From positions 1 to 61,077 of the IMG/VR virus record IMGVR_UViG_3300030098_000471: DNA of 61,077 nt, one strand, 5' to 3'. The number at the start of each line of letters is the position of its first letter. The first letter of the stretch is position 1. A model generated the notes under the pieces. The model did not search any database. It had not been told where the DNA came from and saw only the letters and a list, made by a program, of their open reading frames with translations. A program made the position numbers and the translations under genes. This stretch comes from a virus (Duplodnaviria; Caudoviricetes). Of the stretch, positions 36,049-46,071 are shown in pieces.

Positions 36049-37848
36049 ATGTCTCAGATGACCCATCTTGGGATCACAATTAACCCTGCAAGAGACAATT
36101 TATTTGATCAATTAGGAATAGCTAGGTTAAAAGAATCCTACATGTTAGACAACGAACTATCTCCACAAGAGAGGTTTGCTTTTGTATCTAAAACTTTTTC
36201 TTCTAATAATGAACATGCACAAAGATTATATGAATATGCCTCACAACATTGGCTATCTTATTCTACTCCAATACTTTCTTATGGGAGGTCAAAACGTGGC
36301 CTTCCTATTTCATGTTATCTAAACTACATTGAAGATACAGCCGAAGGGCTGGTTAATAATCTATCAGAGACTAACTGGCTATCTATGTATGGTGGTGGAG
36401 TTGGTATTGGGTTTGGTATTCGTTCTGCAGATGAGAAGTCTACAGGTATGATGCCACACCTCAAGATGTATGATGCTTCCAGTTTGGCATACAGACAAGG
36501 TAAAACTCGTAGGGGTAGCTATGCTGCTTATCTTGATATTGATCATCCTGATATACTATTATTTTTAGAGATGCGTAAGCCAACTGGTGATCAAAACTTT
36601 AGATGCCTTAACTTACATCATGGTATTAATATCAGTCATAAGTTTATGCAACTGGTTGAAGATTGTATGACTGATCCGAATAAAGATGATAGCTGGCAAT
36701 TACGTGATCCTCATACAAAAGAAGTTAAAGAAACTGTATCAGCAAGAGATATGTGGCAACGTATACTGGAGATGCGTATGCAAACAGGAGAGCCATATCT
36801 ACACTTCATTGATACGTCTAATGAGAAACTACCTGTATGGCTCAAGCAAATGGGCTTGGAGATTAATCAATCTAATCTATGTTCAGAGATTATACTACCA
36901 ACAAACAAAGAACGTACTGCTGTGTGTTGTCTCTCATCTCTTAACCTTGAGTACTTTGATGAGTGGTCAAAAGAAAAAGGTTTTCTCAAAGATATATTGG
37001 AGATGCTAGACAATGTATTAACAATGTTTATTAATGAAGCACCTGATAGTATTGAACGTGCAAGATATTCTGCCATGCGTGAGCGTAGTGTTGGTGTAGG
37101 AGCATTAGGGTTTCATGCCTACCTGCAAAAGAAAGGAGTCCCTTTTGAATCTGCAATGGCAAAGTCCAGTAATATAAGAATATTTAAACATATTAGATCA
37201 GGTCTTGATTTAGCTAATCGTGAGCTTGGTTCTGAAAGAGGTTCTGCACCTGATGCCTTTGGTACTGGACTTAGGTGTAGTCATGTTATGGCTGTTGCAC
37301 CTAATGCTTCTTCTTCTATTATCATGGGTAATACATCTCCATCTATTGAACCTTGGAGAGCCAACGCTTATAGGCAAGATACCCTCAGTGGTTCTTTTCT
37401 GAATAAGAATAAGTTTTTGGATAAACTTATAGAAAAGAAATGCCAAGACAATGAGAACCTTAACTATGATCGTATCTGGTCTTCTATTATAGCTAATGAT
37501 GGTTCAGTACAACACCTAAGATGTCTAACAGATGAAGAAAAAGATTTATATAAAACAGCTATGGAGATTGACCAGAGGTGGGTCATTGAACATGCTGCTG
37601 ACAGGCAAGAATATATTGACCAATCACAATCACTCAATGTATTCTTTAGGCCAGATGCAAACATAACTTATCTACATGCTGTACATTTCCTAGCATGGAA
37701 GAAAGGAGTAAAGACTATGTATTACTGTCGCTCTGAAAAGATTGGTAAGGCTGATAAGGTATCACGTAAGATTGAACGTGAGATTATCAAGGAGATTGAT
37801 ATTGAATCTCTTGCTTCTGGTGAAGAGTGTTTAGCGTGTGAAGGTTAA
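36049..37848 (+). CDS. nrdA: Ribonucleotide reductase class I alpha subunit
   Basis: ISCY, SNLCSEI, APNASSS, YYCRS, C-terminal CLACEG; short N-terminus, no ATP cone evident. Confidence 0.95.
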   Translation: MSQMTHLGITINPARDNLFDQLGIARLKESYMLDNELSPQERFAFVSKTFSSNNEHAQRLYEYASQHWLSYSTPILSYGRSKRGLPISCYLNYIEDTAEGLVNNLSETNWLSMYGGGVGIGFGIRSADEKSTGMMPHLKMYDASSLAYRQGKTRRGSYAAYLDIDHPDILLFLEMRKPTGDQNFRCLNLHHGINISHKFMQLVEDCMTDPNKDDSWQLRDPHTKEVKETVSARDMWQRILEMRMQTGEPYLHFIDTSNEKLPVWLKQMGLEINQSNLCSEIILPTNKERTAVCCLSSLNLEYFDEWSKEKGFLKDILEMLDNVLTMFINEAPDSIERARYSAMRERSVGVGALGFHAYLQKKGVPFESAMAKSSNIRIFKHIRSGLDLANRELGSERGSAPDAFGTGLRCSHVMAVAPNASSSIIMGNTSPSIEPWRANAYRQDTLSGSFLNKNKFLDKLIEKKCQDNENLNYDRIWSSIIANDGSVQHLRCLTDEEKDLYKTAMEIDQRWVIEHAADRQEYIDQSQSLNVFFRPDANITYLHAVHFLAWKKGVKTMYYCRSEKIGKADKVSRKIEREIIKEIDIESLASGEECLACEG

Positions 37849-37865
37849 TTGAAAGGATATTAATT

Positions 37866-38438
37866 ATGGAACTTACTGCTGAGATAGCTAGAGAATTATT
37901 AACTTACAATCCTGATACTGGTAAACTTTACTGGAAAGAAAGACCAGCAAAATATTTTAAAAATCCTAAATGGCATATGAAGTCTTGGAATAATAAATTT
38001 GCTGGTAAAGAAGCACTTACAAACATTACTCGTAGAAAATCTGGACAGATAGCTAGATTAGAAGGCCATGTATTAAACAAAAGTTATTACACACATCGTA
38101 TAGCGTGGTTAATGTATTATGGTGAGTGGCCTAAAAATCAAATAGACCATATAAATCAAGACCCTACAGATAATAGAATAAAAAATCTTAGGGATGTAAC
38201 TAACTCTGAAAATAGTAAAAATAAAACATTACAAAAAAATAATACAACTGGTTATGTAGGGGTGTATTTTTATAAACATAAACGGTATAAAAAATATCGT
38301 GCAAGAATACGTATTAATACTATTTTAAAACATTTAGGATATTATGACACTGCTGAAGAAGCAGCAGCAGCTAGAGCAGTAGCAAATATTAATTACAACT
38401 TTCATCCTAATCATGGCAATCATAAAGTAACTACATGA
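37866..38438 (+). mobile_element. Free-standing HNH homing endonuclease (AP2-like C-terminus) between nrdA and nrdB
   Basis: YNPDTGKLYW, HRIAW, IDHINQDPTDNRIKNLR, HLGYYDTAEEAAAAR. Confidence 0.85.
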
Positions 38439-38594
38439 GAACCAGTATGATTTATAAATGGTATTGTCATCTAAGGAGTAAAGACTATGGAATTTGTACC
38501 AGCTTCTTTTGCGCTGTGTCCAACAGCAAACATGATTTTGACCACGAAGAAGACATCCCTCGAAAGTGGATTGATAACAGAGGAGAAAGACCCT

Positions 38595-39575
38595 ATGATG
38601 GATAAGTTAAAGCTACAAGATAAACGTAATTACTTTAAACCTTTTCATTATCCTTGGGCCTATGACCTATGGTTAAAGCATGAGCAATCACATTGGTTAC
38701 ATACTGAAGTACCTATGATTGAAGACATTAAAGATTGGAAGAACAACCTATCTACAGAGGAGAAGTATTTTCTTACCAACATCTTCAGGTTCTTTACGCA
38801 GTCTGACATTGATGTAGCTGGTGGGTATATAGACAACTACCTACCTAATTTTCCACAACCTGAAGTACGCATGATGCTATCAGGGTTTGCTGCTAGAGAA
38901 GCACTACACATTGCAGCTTACTCGCACCTGATAGAATCTTTGGGTATGCCTGATACTACATACAATGAGTTCTTGGAATACGATGCCATGCGTGAGAAGC
39001 ATGAATACTTCATGTCTAATGTGAATAACAAGAAGATATCCTTGCCAATAAAGATTGCTGCTATCAGTGCATTTACAGAAGGACTAGCATTGTTTTCCAG
39101 CTTCATTATGCTTCTTAACTTTCCTCGACATGGTAAGATGAAGGGTATGGGGCAGATTGTTACATGGTCTATAGTAGATGAAACACAACACGCAGAAGGT
39201 ATGATTAAGTTATTTAGAACCTATATCGAAGAGAACATGAAAGAATGGAATGATGAAACTAAGTCAGCTATCTATAGTATAGCAGAAATAATGGTTGACC
39301 TAGAAGATAAGTTTGTAGATCTTTCCTTCAAGATGGGTAAGGTTGAAGGACTACGTGATACTGAAGTAAAAGAATACATAAGATATATTGCAGACCGTAG
39401 GCTTATCTCTATGGGAATGAAAGGAATCTTCAAAGTTAAACGTAATCCCCTACCTTGGGTAGAGACTATGATTAATGCACCTACACATACTAACTTCTTT
39501 GAAAACCATTCCACTGACTATGCCAAGGGTGCATTGACAGGTAGCTGGTCAGAAGTATGGGCAGAAAGTGCTTGA
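38595..39575 (+). CDS. nrdB: Ribonucleotide reductase class Ia beta subunit
   Basis: FFTQSD, EALHIAAY (radical Tyr), EGLALFSSF, DETQH, NFFE; GAGGAG RBS before ATG 38595. Confidence 0.95.
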   Translation: MMDKLKLQDKRNYFKPFHYPWAYDLWLKHEQSHWLHTEVPMIEDIKDWKNNLSTEEKYFLTNIFRFFTQSDIDVAGGYIDNYLPNFPQPEVRMMLSGFAAREALHIAAYSHLIESLGMPDTTYNEFLEYDAMREKHEYFMSNVNNKKISLPIKIAAISAFTEGLALFSSFIMLLNFPRHGKMKGMGQIVTWSIVDETQHAEGMIKLFRTYIEENMKEWNDETKSAIYSIAEIMVDLEDKFVDLSFKMGKVEGLRDTEVKEYIRYIADRRLISMGMKGIFKVKRNPLPWVETMINAPTHTNFFENHSTDYAKGALTGSWSEVWAESA

Positions 39576-39600
39576 CAAAAAATTAAATGTAGAGTATAAT
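39572..39600 (+). promoter_or_regulatory. Perfect consensus sigma70 promoter upstream of the modification cluster
   Basis: TTGACA-17 nt-TATAAT. Confidence 0.85.
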
Positions 39601-39606
39601 TACAAA

Positions 39607-39807
39607 ATGACTGACCTTTATTTAGATACAGAACAAAATACATTGGAAAGTAAAATGAATTATATGAACTTTCTTTTACATGAAATAAGAATATTAAGGG
39701 AAAGAATACAACCCCATGATACAGGACATATTCATACAACAATTAATACCTTAGAACAAAGGGTGAACGAGATACAGAAAGAAATGATATCAGAGAGAGA
39801 TAGATGA
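39607..39807 (+). CDS. Small coiled-coil protein
   Basis: PHDTGHIHTTINTLEQR; start at 39607 or 39655. Confidence 0.6.
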   Translation: MTDLYLDTEQNTLESKMNYMNFLLHEIRILRERIQPHDTGHIHTTINTLEQRVNEIQKEMISERDR

Positions 39808-40580
39808 AGAAATCCCCAAATACAGTTTACATAGGCTATGATCCAAAGGAAGATATAGCCTATGAAGTTTTAAAGTTTACGATTGAAAGAATAGCTGTAG
39901 ATAATGTACGTATTGTCCCTATCAAGCGTGATGTACTTAGACGCATGGGCATGTACACAAGAACATACAGCACAGTCAATGGTCAAATGATTGACACGAT
40001 TGATGCTAAACCTTTTTCCAGTGAGTTTAGTTTTACTCGCTTTCTAGTACCAGCCATGAACATGTATGAAGGTTGGGCATTATATATGGACTGCGATATG
40101 TATCTCAGAACAGATATCAATGAACTGTTTGAAGAGTATAATACAGATTACTATCCATTGTATTGTGTCAAGCATGACTATCAACCCAAAGAAGGTTATA
40201 AGATGGATGGACGTAAGCAAGAGAACTACCGTAGAAAGAACTGGTCTAGTTTTATGTTGTTCAACTGTGGTCATGAATTAAATAAACAGCTAACACCAGA
40301 GATTGTTAATACGCAAACAGGTGGTTGGTTACATGGTTTTGAGTGGTTGCCTGATAAAGAATCAGATATTGGTACGATACATCAAGAGTGGAACTGGTTA
40401 GATAATCATTCACCAAAAGACATTGAAGCCAAGAATGTACACTTCACAACAGGTGGGCCTTGGTTCAAGGAATGGAAATGTGGTAGGGATATTGATGGTA
40501 TGTATGCTGCAGAGTGGAATGGAGATTATACCTATCTTGCTGGTCATGGTAAAATAAAGCCTTTAGAATGGGAAAAATGA
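39804..40580 (+). CDS. Glycosyltransferase (GT8-like, GT-A fold)
   Basis: YIGYDPKE, EFSFTRFLVP, YMDCD (DxD), RKNWSS, HFTTGGPW. Confidence 0.8.
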   Translation: MKKSPNTVYIGYDPKEDIAYEVLKFTIERIAVDNVRIVPIKRDVLRRMGMYTRTYSTVNGQMIDTIDAKPFSSEFSFTRFLVPAMNMYEGWALYMDCDMYLRTDINELFEEYNTDYYPLYCVKHDYQPKEGYKMDGRKQENYRRKNWSSFMLFNCGHELNKQLTPEIVNTQTGGWLHGFEWLPDKESDIGTIHQEWNWLDNHSPKDIEAKNVHFTTGGPWFKEWKCGRDIDGMYAAEWNGDYTYLAGHGKIKPLEWEK

Positions 40581-42952
40581 GATATAAATTTGTAACATGT
40601 TTTAATGAGGAGTATCTACAGAAGATGACTTCTCAGCTACTCAAGCTTATGAGTAGTTCTTGGCAATCTTCTATTGATATTCATTGTTATTACTATGATA
40701 TTGATATAAAGAATTATTCTTTACCCAAAGCCAAGAACATTCATTATCATAATCTTGAAGAGATAGAAGACTTTAAAGCCTGTAGAGAGATTTGCAAGAA
40801 GCATGATGGTACAGAAGGTGGAGCAGTACAATACAATACTGCAATAGATGCCTATAACTTTGTACCAAAGGTCATAGCTCTGACAGAGACTGCATTTACT
40901 AATGGTAACTCTTGGTTGTTCTGGATAGATGCAGACACAATGTCCAAGAAGCTTATTAGAGTTTCTGATATTGATAAACTTCTACCAGAAAAACAAGAGA
41001 AGTGTGATATAGTAACCTTGACCAATGAAGAAGGTGGCTATGAATTTTTCTTGCAGGGCTTCAATCTGTCACGTCAAACACCAGTGGATATGCTTGGTGA
41101 TTTAAGAGGTGCTTACTTATCTAAAGAGTTTTTAAACTATCGTGAGTGGCATGATGGTTTTCTCATGAACAGGTTGATGACTATCTACATGGCTCATGGT
41201 ATGAGAGTACATGAAGTCAGTTATCAAAACTCCATAGCTGGTGATATGTTTATTCATCTGCAGGGTAGTACTAATGTAGCTCTACGTGACATGGATGGCA
41301 ATCGTATGTTTGAATTATCTGATGAAGAAGTATCCCCTGATATACTTCCCAACAGATACAAGCAGCTTGCTGATGTTATAAGGCTCTATAAACCAAAGAC
41401 TATTCTTGAAACAGGCACATGGAATGGTGGACGTGCTATTGAAATGTCTTTGGCTGCATTGGAGAACAACGACTCAGTGCATTACATAGGCTATGACCTG
41501 TTTGAAGATGCGACTATGGAGACAGATGAAGAAGAGTTCAATGTTAAACCACACAATACATTAGCAGCCGTTGAAAAAAGGTTTAAAGAATTTGCCAATG
41601 TAATAAAAGAAAGAGATGGTAAAACATTTACTTGGAAATTACATAAAGGAAATGTACGAGATATACTAGATAGTAAGTCTTTTAATAAAGTTGACCTTGC
41701 TATGATTGGTAGTGGTAACAGTATCAAGACTGTTAAACATGAATACAACATATTAAAAGACATACCAATAGTAGTCATGGATCATTACTTTACAGAAGAT
41801 GATGAAAAAATACCACCTGAACAATATCATGGAGTTAAACTTGCATTTGATAAGATACCTACGAAGAAAGTTAATGCTGAAGAAACTACTGAAGATGGTT
41901 GGACCGTGTTCGATGAAACTGTTGCTACTAGGAAATACGTTCTTCCTTCTGGTGATACTGTCATTGGCGGTGGTCATACTCATCTGTGTTTAGTTCTTCA
42001 TGATGAAAAACTTGTTGATTGTCCTGATGAGCTAAAGAGAGTTCCCATTGTCGTACATCCTAGAGATTGTGTACCACAAGACTTTATACAAGATAATATT
42101 AAAGCTAATATGAAACTTATTGATAAAGATAAGTGGATACACAAACATCCTATTCATAGAGAATCAGCAATACTTGTTTCTGCTGGACCTTATCTTGATA
42201 TCAAACAATTAAAACAAACCATTAAAGACTTGGGTAATCCAAAAGTAGTTTGTGTTAAACATTCTTATCCTACTTTAATTAAGAATGATATCAAGCCTTG
42301 GTGTTGTGTTATCCTAGACCCTCGACCAATTACAGGTACGAGTACACATGGTATTATACGTAAGGATCTATTTAAGAAGATAGATAAAAGTACCAAGTTT
42401 ATGGTAGCTTCAATGACAGACCCTTCTGTTACAGAGTTTCTAATTGAAAAAGACTGTGAGATATGGGGATGGCATGCTTTTACTGATGGCCTTAGACAAG
42501 AAGATGAACAAGGTAAATCAATAAAGAACCAGCAAGTCAAGATAATGGAAGAGTTAAACATACCCAAGGGTGCTACTCTCATTACTGGTGGTACGTGTGC
42601 TGCCATGAGAAGCATTGGTATGCTACATACAATGGGCTTCAGGGATGTACATCTCTTTGGATTTGATTGCTGTATGGAAGAGCCTACCAAAGAACAGAAG
42701 ACAGAGACTACAGGAGATTTGGAAGGTGGTGAAACACCTAGACCCAAATACTTTCAGGTAACAGTGGGTAATAATACATACTGGACTACAGGAGAGCTAC
42801 TTGCTATGGCTCAAGACTGTGAGAAAATATTCTCTGATGAAGGTCTTGAAGGTGTCTTGACATTTCATGGAGAAGATACAATGGTAGCTGACCTATGGGA
42901 AATAAAAGAATCTCAAGAGAAACGTCCACAATTTAAGGGTTATTATGATTGA
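40577..42952 (+). CDS. Fusion of GT-like, class I SAM methyltransferase and DUF115/MptE-Maf-like domains
   Basis: WIDAD; ILETGTWNGG...GYDLF; LVSAGPYL...GGTCAA...GFRDVHLFGFDC. Confidence 0.7.
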   Translation: MRYKFVTCFNEEYLQKMTSQLLKLMSSSWQSSIDIHCYYYDIDIKNYSLPKAKNIHYHNLEEIEDFKACREICKKHDGTEGGAVQYNTAIDAYNFVPKVIALTETAFTNGNSWLFWIDADTMSKKLIRVSDIDKLLPEKQEKCDIVTLTNEEGGYEFFLQGFNLSRQTPVDMLGDLRGAYLSKEFLNYREWHDGFLMNRLMTIYMAHGMRVHEVSYQNSIAGDMFIHLQGSTNVALRDMDGNRMFELSDEEVSPDILPNRYKQLADVIRLYKPKTILETGTWNGGRAIEMSLAALENNDSVHYIGYDLFEDATMETDEEEFNVKPHNTLAAVEKRFKEFANVIKERDGKTFTWKLHKGNVRDILDSKSFNKVDLAMIGSGNSIKTVKHEYNILKDIPIVVMDHYFTEDDEKIPPEQYHGVKLAFDKIPTKKVNAEETTEDGWTVFDETVATRKYVLPSGDTVIGGGHTHLCLVLHDEKLVDCPDELKRVPIVVHPRDCVPQDFIQDNIKANMKLIDKDKWIHKHPIHRESAILVSAGPYLDIKQLKQTIKDLGNPKVVCVKHSYPTLIKNDIKPWCCVILDPRPITGTSTHGIIRKDLFKKIDKSTKFMVASMTDPSVTEFLIEKDCEIWGWHAFTDGLRQEDEQGKSIKNQQVKIMEELNIPKGATLITGGTCAAMRSIGMLHTMGFRDVHLFGFDCCMEEPTKEQKTETTGDLEGGETPRPKYFQVTVGNNTYWTTGELLAMAQDCEKIFSDEGLEGVLTFHGEDTMVADLWEIKESQEKRPQFKGYYD

Positions 42953-43664
42953 ATCAAATAGATTTTTTAGTCGGTATTCTCCTTCACCTAGATATACTCA
43001 ACTTCTTGAAGAGTATAAGGAGATGCATAAGAGTTCAAAGGGTATGTTCAATGGACGTAGCCTTGTAAAGTATGTTGATATAATTAAAAATTATTTGGAG
43101 AAGAATGAATGTAAAACACTTATTGATTATGGTTGTGGTAAAGGACTTCTCTATACAGATGATTATGAACTAGTAACTGAGAAGAAGCCTTACTATAGTA
43201 ATATTAACAAACCATTAAATGAGTATTGGAATCTAACAAAACATTCTTTATATGACCCTGCACATGAAGAACATAGTGAATTTCCTATGGGATTATATGA
43301 TGCGTCTATATGTACTGATGTATTAGAACATGTACCTACTGATGACCTTCATTGGGTTATTAGAGAGATATGTGGCTTTGCAACCAAGATGGTCTTTCTC
43401 AACATAGCTTGTATGCCAGCTTTGAAGAAGCTTAAAGATGGTAGTAATGTTCATATATCATTACATAAACCTGAAGATTGGTTACAGTTTATTGCTGAGA
43501 TTATAGATAAGAGTAATAAAGATATAATAGTTTATGCTTTCTTTGATGTCTTTGATGATAATGAAAAATTAGTTACACAAGGATTTAAAATACATAGACG
43601 AATTAATATCGTACCATTAACTCAGAAAGATGAAAAGGGTACAGCTTTAATGGAGGAAAAATGA
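42945..43664 (+). CDS. Class I SAM-dependent methyltransferase
   Basis: LIDYGCGKG, YDPA, CTDVLEHVP. Confidence 0.8.
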   Translation: MIESNRFFSRYSPSPRYTQLLEEYKEMHKSSKGMFNGRSLVKYVDIIKNYLEKNECKTLIDYGCGKGLLYTDDYELVTEKKPYYSNINKPLNEYWNLTKHSLYDPAHEEHSEFPMGLYDASICTDVLEHVPTDDLHWVIREICGFATKMVFLNIACMPALKKLKDGSNVHISLHKPEDWLQFIAEIIDKSNKDIIVYAFFDVFDDNEKLVTQGFKIHRRINIVPLTQKDEKGTALMEEK

Positions 43665-43900
43665 AAATATTTTTTATTGCAGTAGTAATGTGGTGGTCAA
43701 ATGTTATAGAACAGCCATACCTAAATACAGTAGAAATAGAAACAAAAAATAATAAACCACTTTTCTTTAGTACAGAAAAAAAATGTTATCAGTATATACA
43801 AAAAAATATTGATGATATAAAATCATTTGGTTATATTACTTTTCCAACTGCTAATGCAATAATAATGATAAAATGTATTGAAAAAAAGGGAATGGTTTAA
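43661..43900 (+). CDS. Small secreted/membrane protein
   Basis: Hydrophobic N-terminus, two Cys. Confidence 0.55.
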   Translation: MKIFFIAVVMWWSNVIEQPYLNTVEIETKNNKPLFFSTEKKCYQYIQKNIDDIKSFGYITFPTANAIIMIKCIEKKGMV

Positions 43901-43915
43901 TAAAGGAGAAGAATA

Positions 43916-44326
43916 ATGGTATTAGGAATAGCAGATTCAATAGTAGGAGTAGCAGGTAAGGTACTTGATAAGTTTGTAGCAGACAAAGACCTGAAAGCTA
44001 AGTTAGATTTTGAGCTACGCAAGGCATATGCTGATGCCAACCTTGCTCAGATAGATGTCAACAAAGAACAAGCGAAACATCCCAGCCTGTTTGTTGCAGG
44101 GGCTAGGCCCAGCATCATGTGGATATGTGCTTTTGGTCTAGGTTGGCAGTTTGTTTTTCTCCCTGTAGCTGCATGGTATATAGCATTGACAGGTCAACCT
44201 ATACCCCTACCAGAGATTGAAACTGAAGGCTTGATGTCTCTAACACTGGCATTATTGGGTCTTGGTGGTATGCGTACCTTTGAAAAAAGAAACGGTACAC
44301 ACAGAAATAATATGAAGCACCGTTAA
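43916..44326 (+). CDS. Holin (GTA-type 3TM holin / DUF3154-like)
   Basis: AQIDVNKEQAKHPSLFVAGARPSIMW...LLGLGGMRTFEK. Confidence 0.8.
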   Translation: MVLGIADSIVGVAGKVLDKFVADKDLKAKLDFELRKAYADANLAQIDVNKEQAKHPSLFVAGARPSIMWICAFGLGWQFVFLPVAAWYIALTGQPIPLPEIETEGLMSLTLALLGLGGMRTFEKRNGTHRNNMKHR

Positions 44327-44763
44327 TGGGACTCAATGAGAAACAAGAGAAGTTTGCACAGTCCTATATTCTACATAGGAATGCAACTGAAGCTGCCAAG
44401 GCTGCAGGATATGCTGCAGGTTCAGCAGCCAATCAAGGTTATAGACTTATTAACAATGATGAAGTAGCTGAACGTGTTAGAGAACTAGAGAATGAACTTG
44501 AAACTAACGTAGATGTTATTGAAGAGATTGAGAACCAATATACATTTGCAAGAGCCAATGGTCATACTAACAGTGCGTTGAAAGCCCTTGAGTTGTTATC
44601 AAGAGTGCGTGGCAATAACTCAGATATAGATACAAACCTAGATGAGAAGTCTTTAGAGGATGGAATAGTACAGTGCCTTAATATTTTAGGTGCAGATAAA
44701 GTACTTAATATGTTAAATAAATGTGACTTCATGAAAGAAGAAGATAACAATGATACTGATTAG
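44326..44763 (+). CDS. terS: Terminase small subunit
   Basis: LNEKQEKFAQSY...NATEAAKAAGYA...LKALELL. Confidence 0.8.
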   Translation: MGLNEKQEKFAQSYILHRNATEAAKAAGYAAGSAANQGYRLINNDEVAERVRELENELETNVDVIEEIENQYTFARANGHTNSALKALELLSRVRGNNSDIDTNLDEKSLEDGIVQCLNILGADKVLNMLNKCDFMKEEDNNDTD

Positions 44764-45496
44764 TCCTCCTTTTGGTAATTATATTTCTTTAGATGAATGC
44801 ACCAGTGTAAAAGGAACCTACACTTATTTTAAAAGAAGGGGATTAATAAAACAAATACTAAAAACTCTACGTCCTGTTAAAGGAGGATGGAGAAACTCTA
44901 TTGGATTACGTAACAAAGGCATATGTAATATAGAAAAATATGATAGAAATTGTATATATAGTATCACAGCATTAAAGGCAACTTCTAAAATTTATTATCC
45001 ACCTTGGTCTGCTATTCATTTCCAAATTCCCAGAAGAGTTTCGCTGGAATTAAATATAGGATGTCCTAATGTATCAAACATATCAGAACTTAGAGACTAT
45101 CATGCTATACATTTTATAAAAAAATTTAATAATGTTATTGTTAAAGTTCCCCCAACATTTAAACTAGATGATATCATTAGAATACACGATCTTGGTATTA
45201 CCAAATTTCATTTAAGTAATACTCTACCTATGGTAGATCACAATGGAAATGGGTATGGTATCAGTGGTAAGAGATTAAAAGAACAGAACCTGCCCCTTAT
45301 AGAAAGTGTTGCATCATATTTTACCACACAAAATACACCAGTATCTATCATAGCAGGGGGTGGTATCTACAGAGAAAAGGATGTACATGACTACTATAAT
45401 GTAGGAGCTACAGATTACAGTCTAAGTACTGTGTTCTTTACTCCTTGGAGAGTACCTGAAGTACTGGATACCATCAAAAATCTAAATCGACAGTAG
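44750..45496 (+). CDS. pyrD: Dihydroorotate dehydrogenase-like protein (class 1, compact)
   Basis: NSIGLRN, ELNIGCPN, VKVPP, SNT, GISGK, IIAGGGI, GA. Confidence 0.7.
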   Translation: MILISPPFGNYISLDECTSVKGTYTYFKRRGLIKQILKTLRPVKGGWRNSIGLRNKGICNIEKYDRNCIYSITALKATSKIYYPPWSAIHFQIPRRVSLELNIGCPNVSNISELRDYHAIHFIKKFNNVIVKVPPTFKLDDIIRIHDLGITKFHLSNTLPMVDHNGNGYGISGKRLKEQNLPLIESVASYFTTQNTPVSIIAGGGIYREKDVHDYYNVGATDYSLSTVFFTPWRVPEVLDTIKNLNRQ

Positions 45497-45592
45497 GTGG
45501 GGTAGAAGCCCCATAGAGAAGCATCTTATTTTACCCCTACCTAGACTACCTTTGTACTAAAGAAGGCTACTGTATGGGCCTCTATGGGCTTT
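45494..45592. terminator. Structured junction where the two arms converge (candidate bidirectional terminator)
   Basis: Two interleaved inverted repeats between the converging stop codons. Confidence 0.5.
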
Positions 45593-45603
45593 TAAAAGGG
45601 TAT

Positions 45604-45870
45604 CTAAGAGTAATATGGAGAGGTAACTTCCCCTTCCTCGTGTGATACACTAAAAACATCATCAGGAAATTCATTTATTAACATGTCTTCTACCCCTAAT
45701 TTAAGGGTGAAGGTACTGGCAGCACACCCTGCACATGATCCTGTAAGCTTAACATGTACATTCTTGGTATCTTCATCATAAGATAGTAACTGTATATGCC
45801 CACCATGCATAGCAATAGAAGGGGCTACCTTATCAGCCAAAGCATCTTCTATCTTAGCAAAGGTTGTCAT
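45604..45870 (-). CDS. NifU C-terminal / NfuA-type Fe-S carrier domain protein
   Basis: PSIAMHGGHIQL...KLTGSCAGCAASTFTLKLGVE. Confidence 0.85.
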   Translation of the reverse strand: MTTFAKIEDALADKVAPSIAMHGGHIQLLSYDEDTKNVHVKLTGSCAGCAASTFTLKLGVEDMLINEFPDDVFSVSHEEGEVTSPYYS

Positions 45871-45887
45871 TTTCAATCTTCCTCAAC

Positions 45888-46070
45888 TTACCCATTAAAA
45901 TGTTTATTATATTCTTCAACCCATTTACTAAATCGTTTTTGAAAGACACATGGTATTATTGCATGTATTACTAGAACAAAAGACATAACAAATGTTTCTG
46001 CTGCCATACCCAATGCAAATATAAAATGGGTAGGGTAGGTCATCTTAACTTCTTTTAAATGTTTCTGCAT
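45888..46070 (-). CDS. Small membrane protein (DUF6356-like)
   Basis: HLKEVKMTYPTHFIFAL...IHAIIP. Confidence 0.6.
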   Translation of the reverse strand: MQKHLKEVKMTYPTHFIFALGMAAETFVMSFVLVIHAIIPCVFQKRFSKWVEEYNKHFNG

Positions 46071-46071
46071 A

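Noticed and set aside
36049-39575. Group I intron or intein in nrdA/nrdB
   Set aside because: Both ORFs are continuous and of normal length; the HNH gene is intergenic
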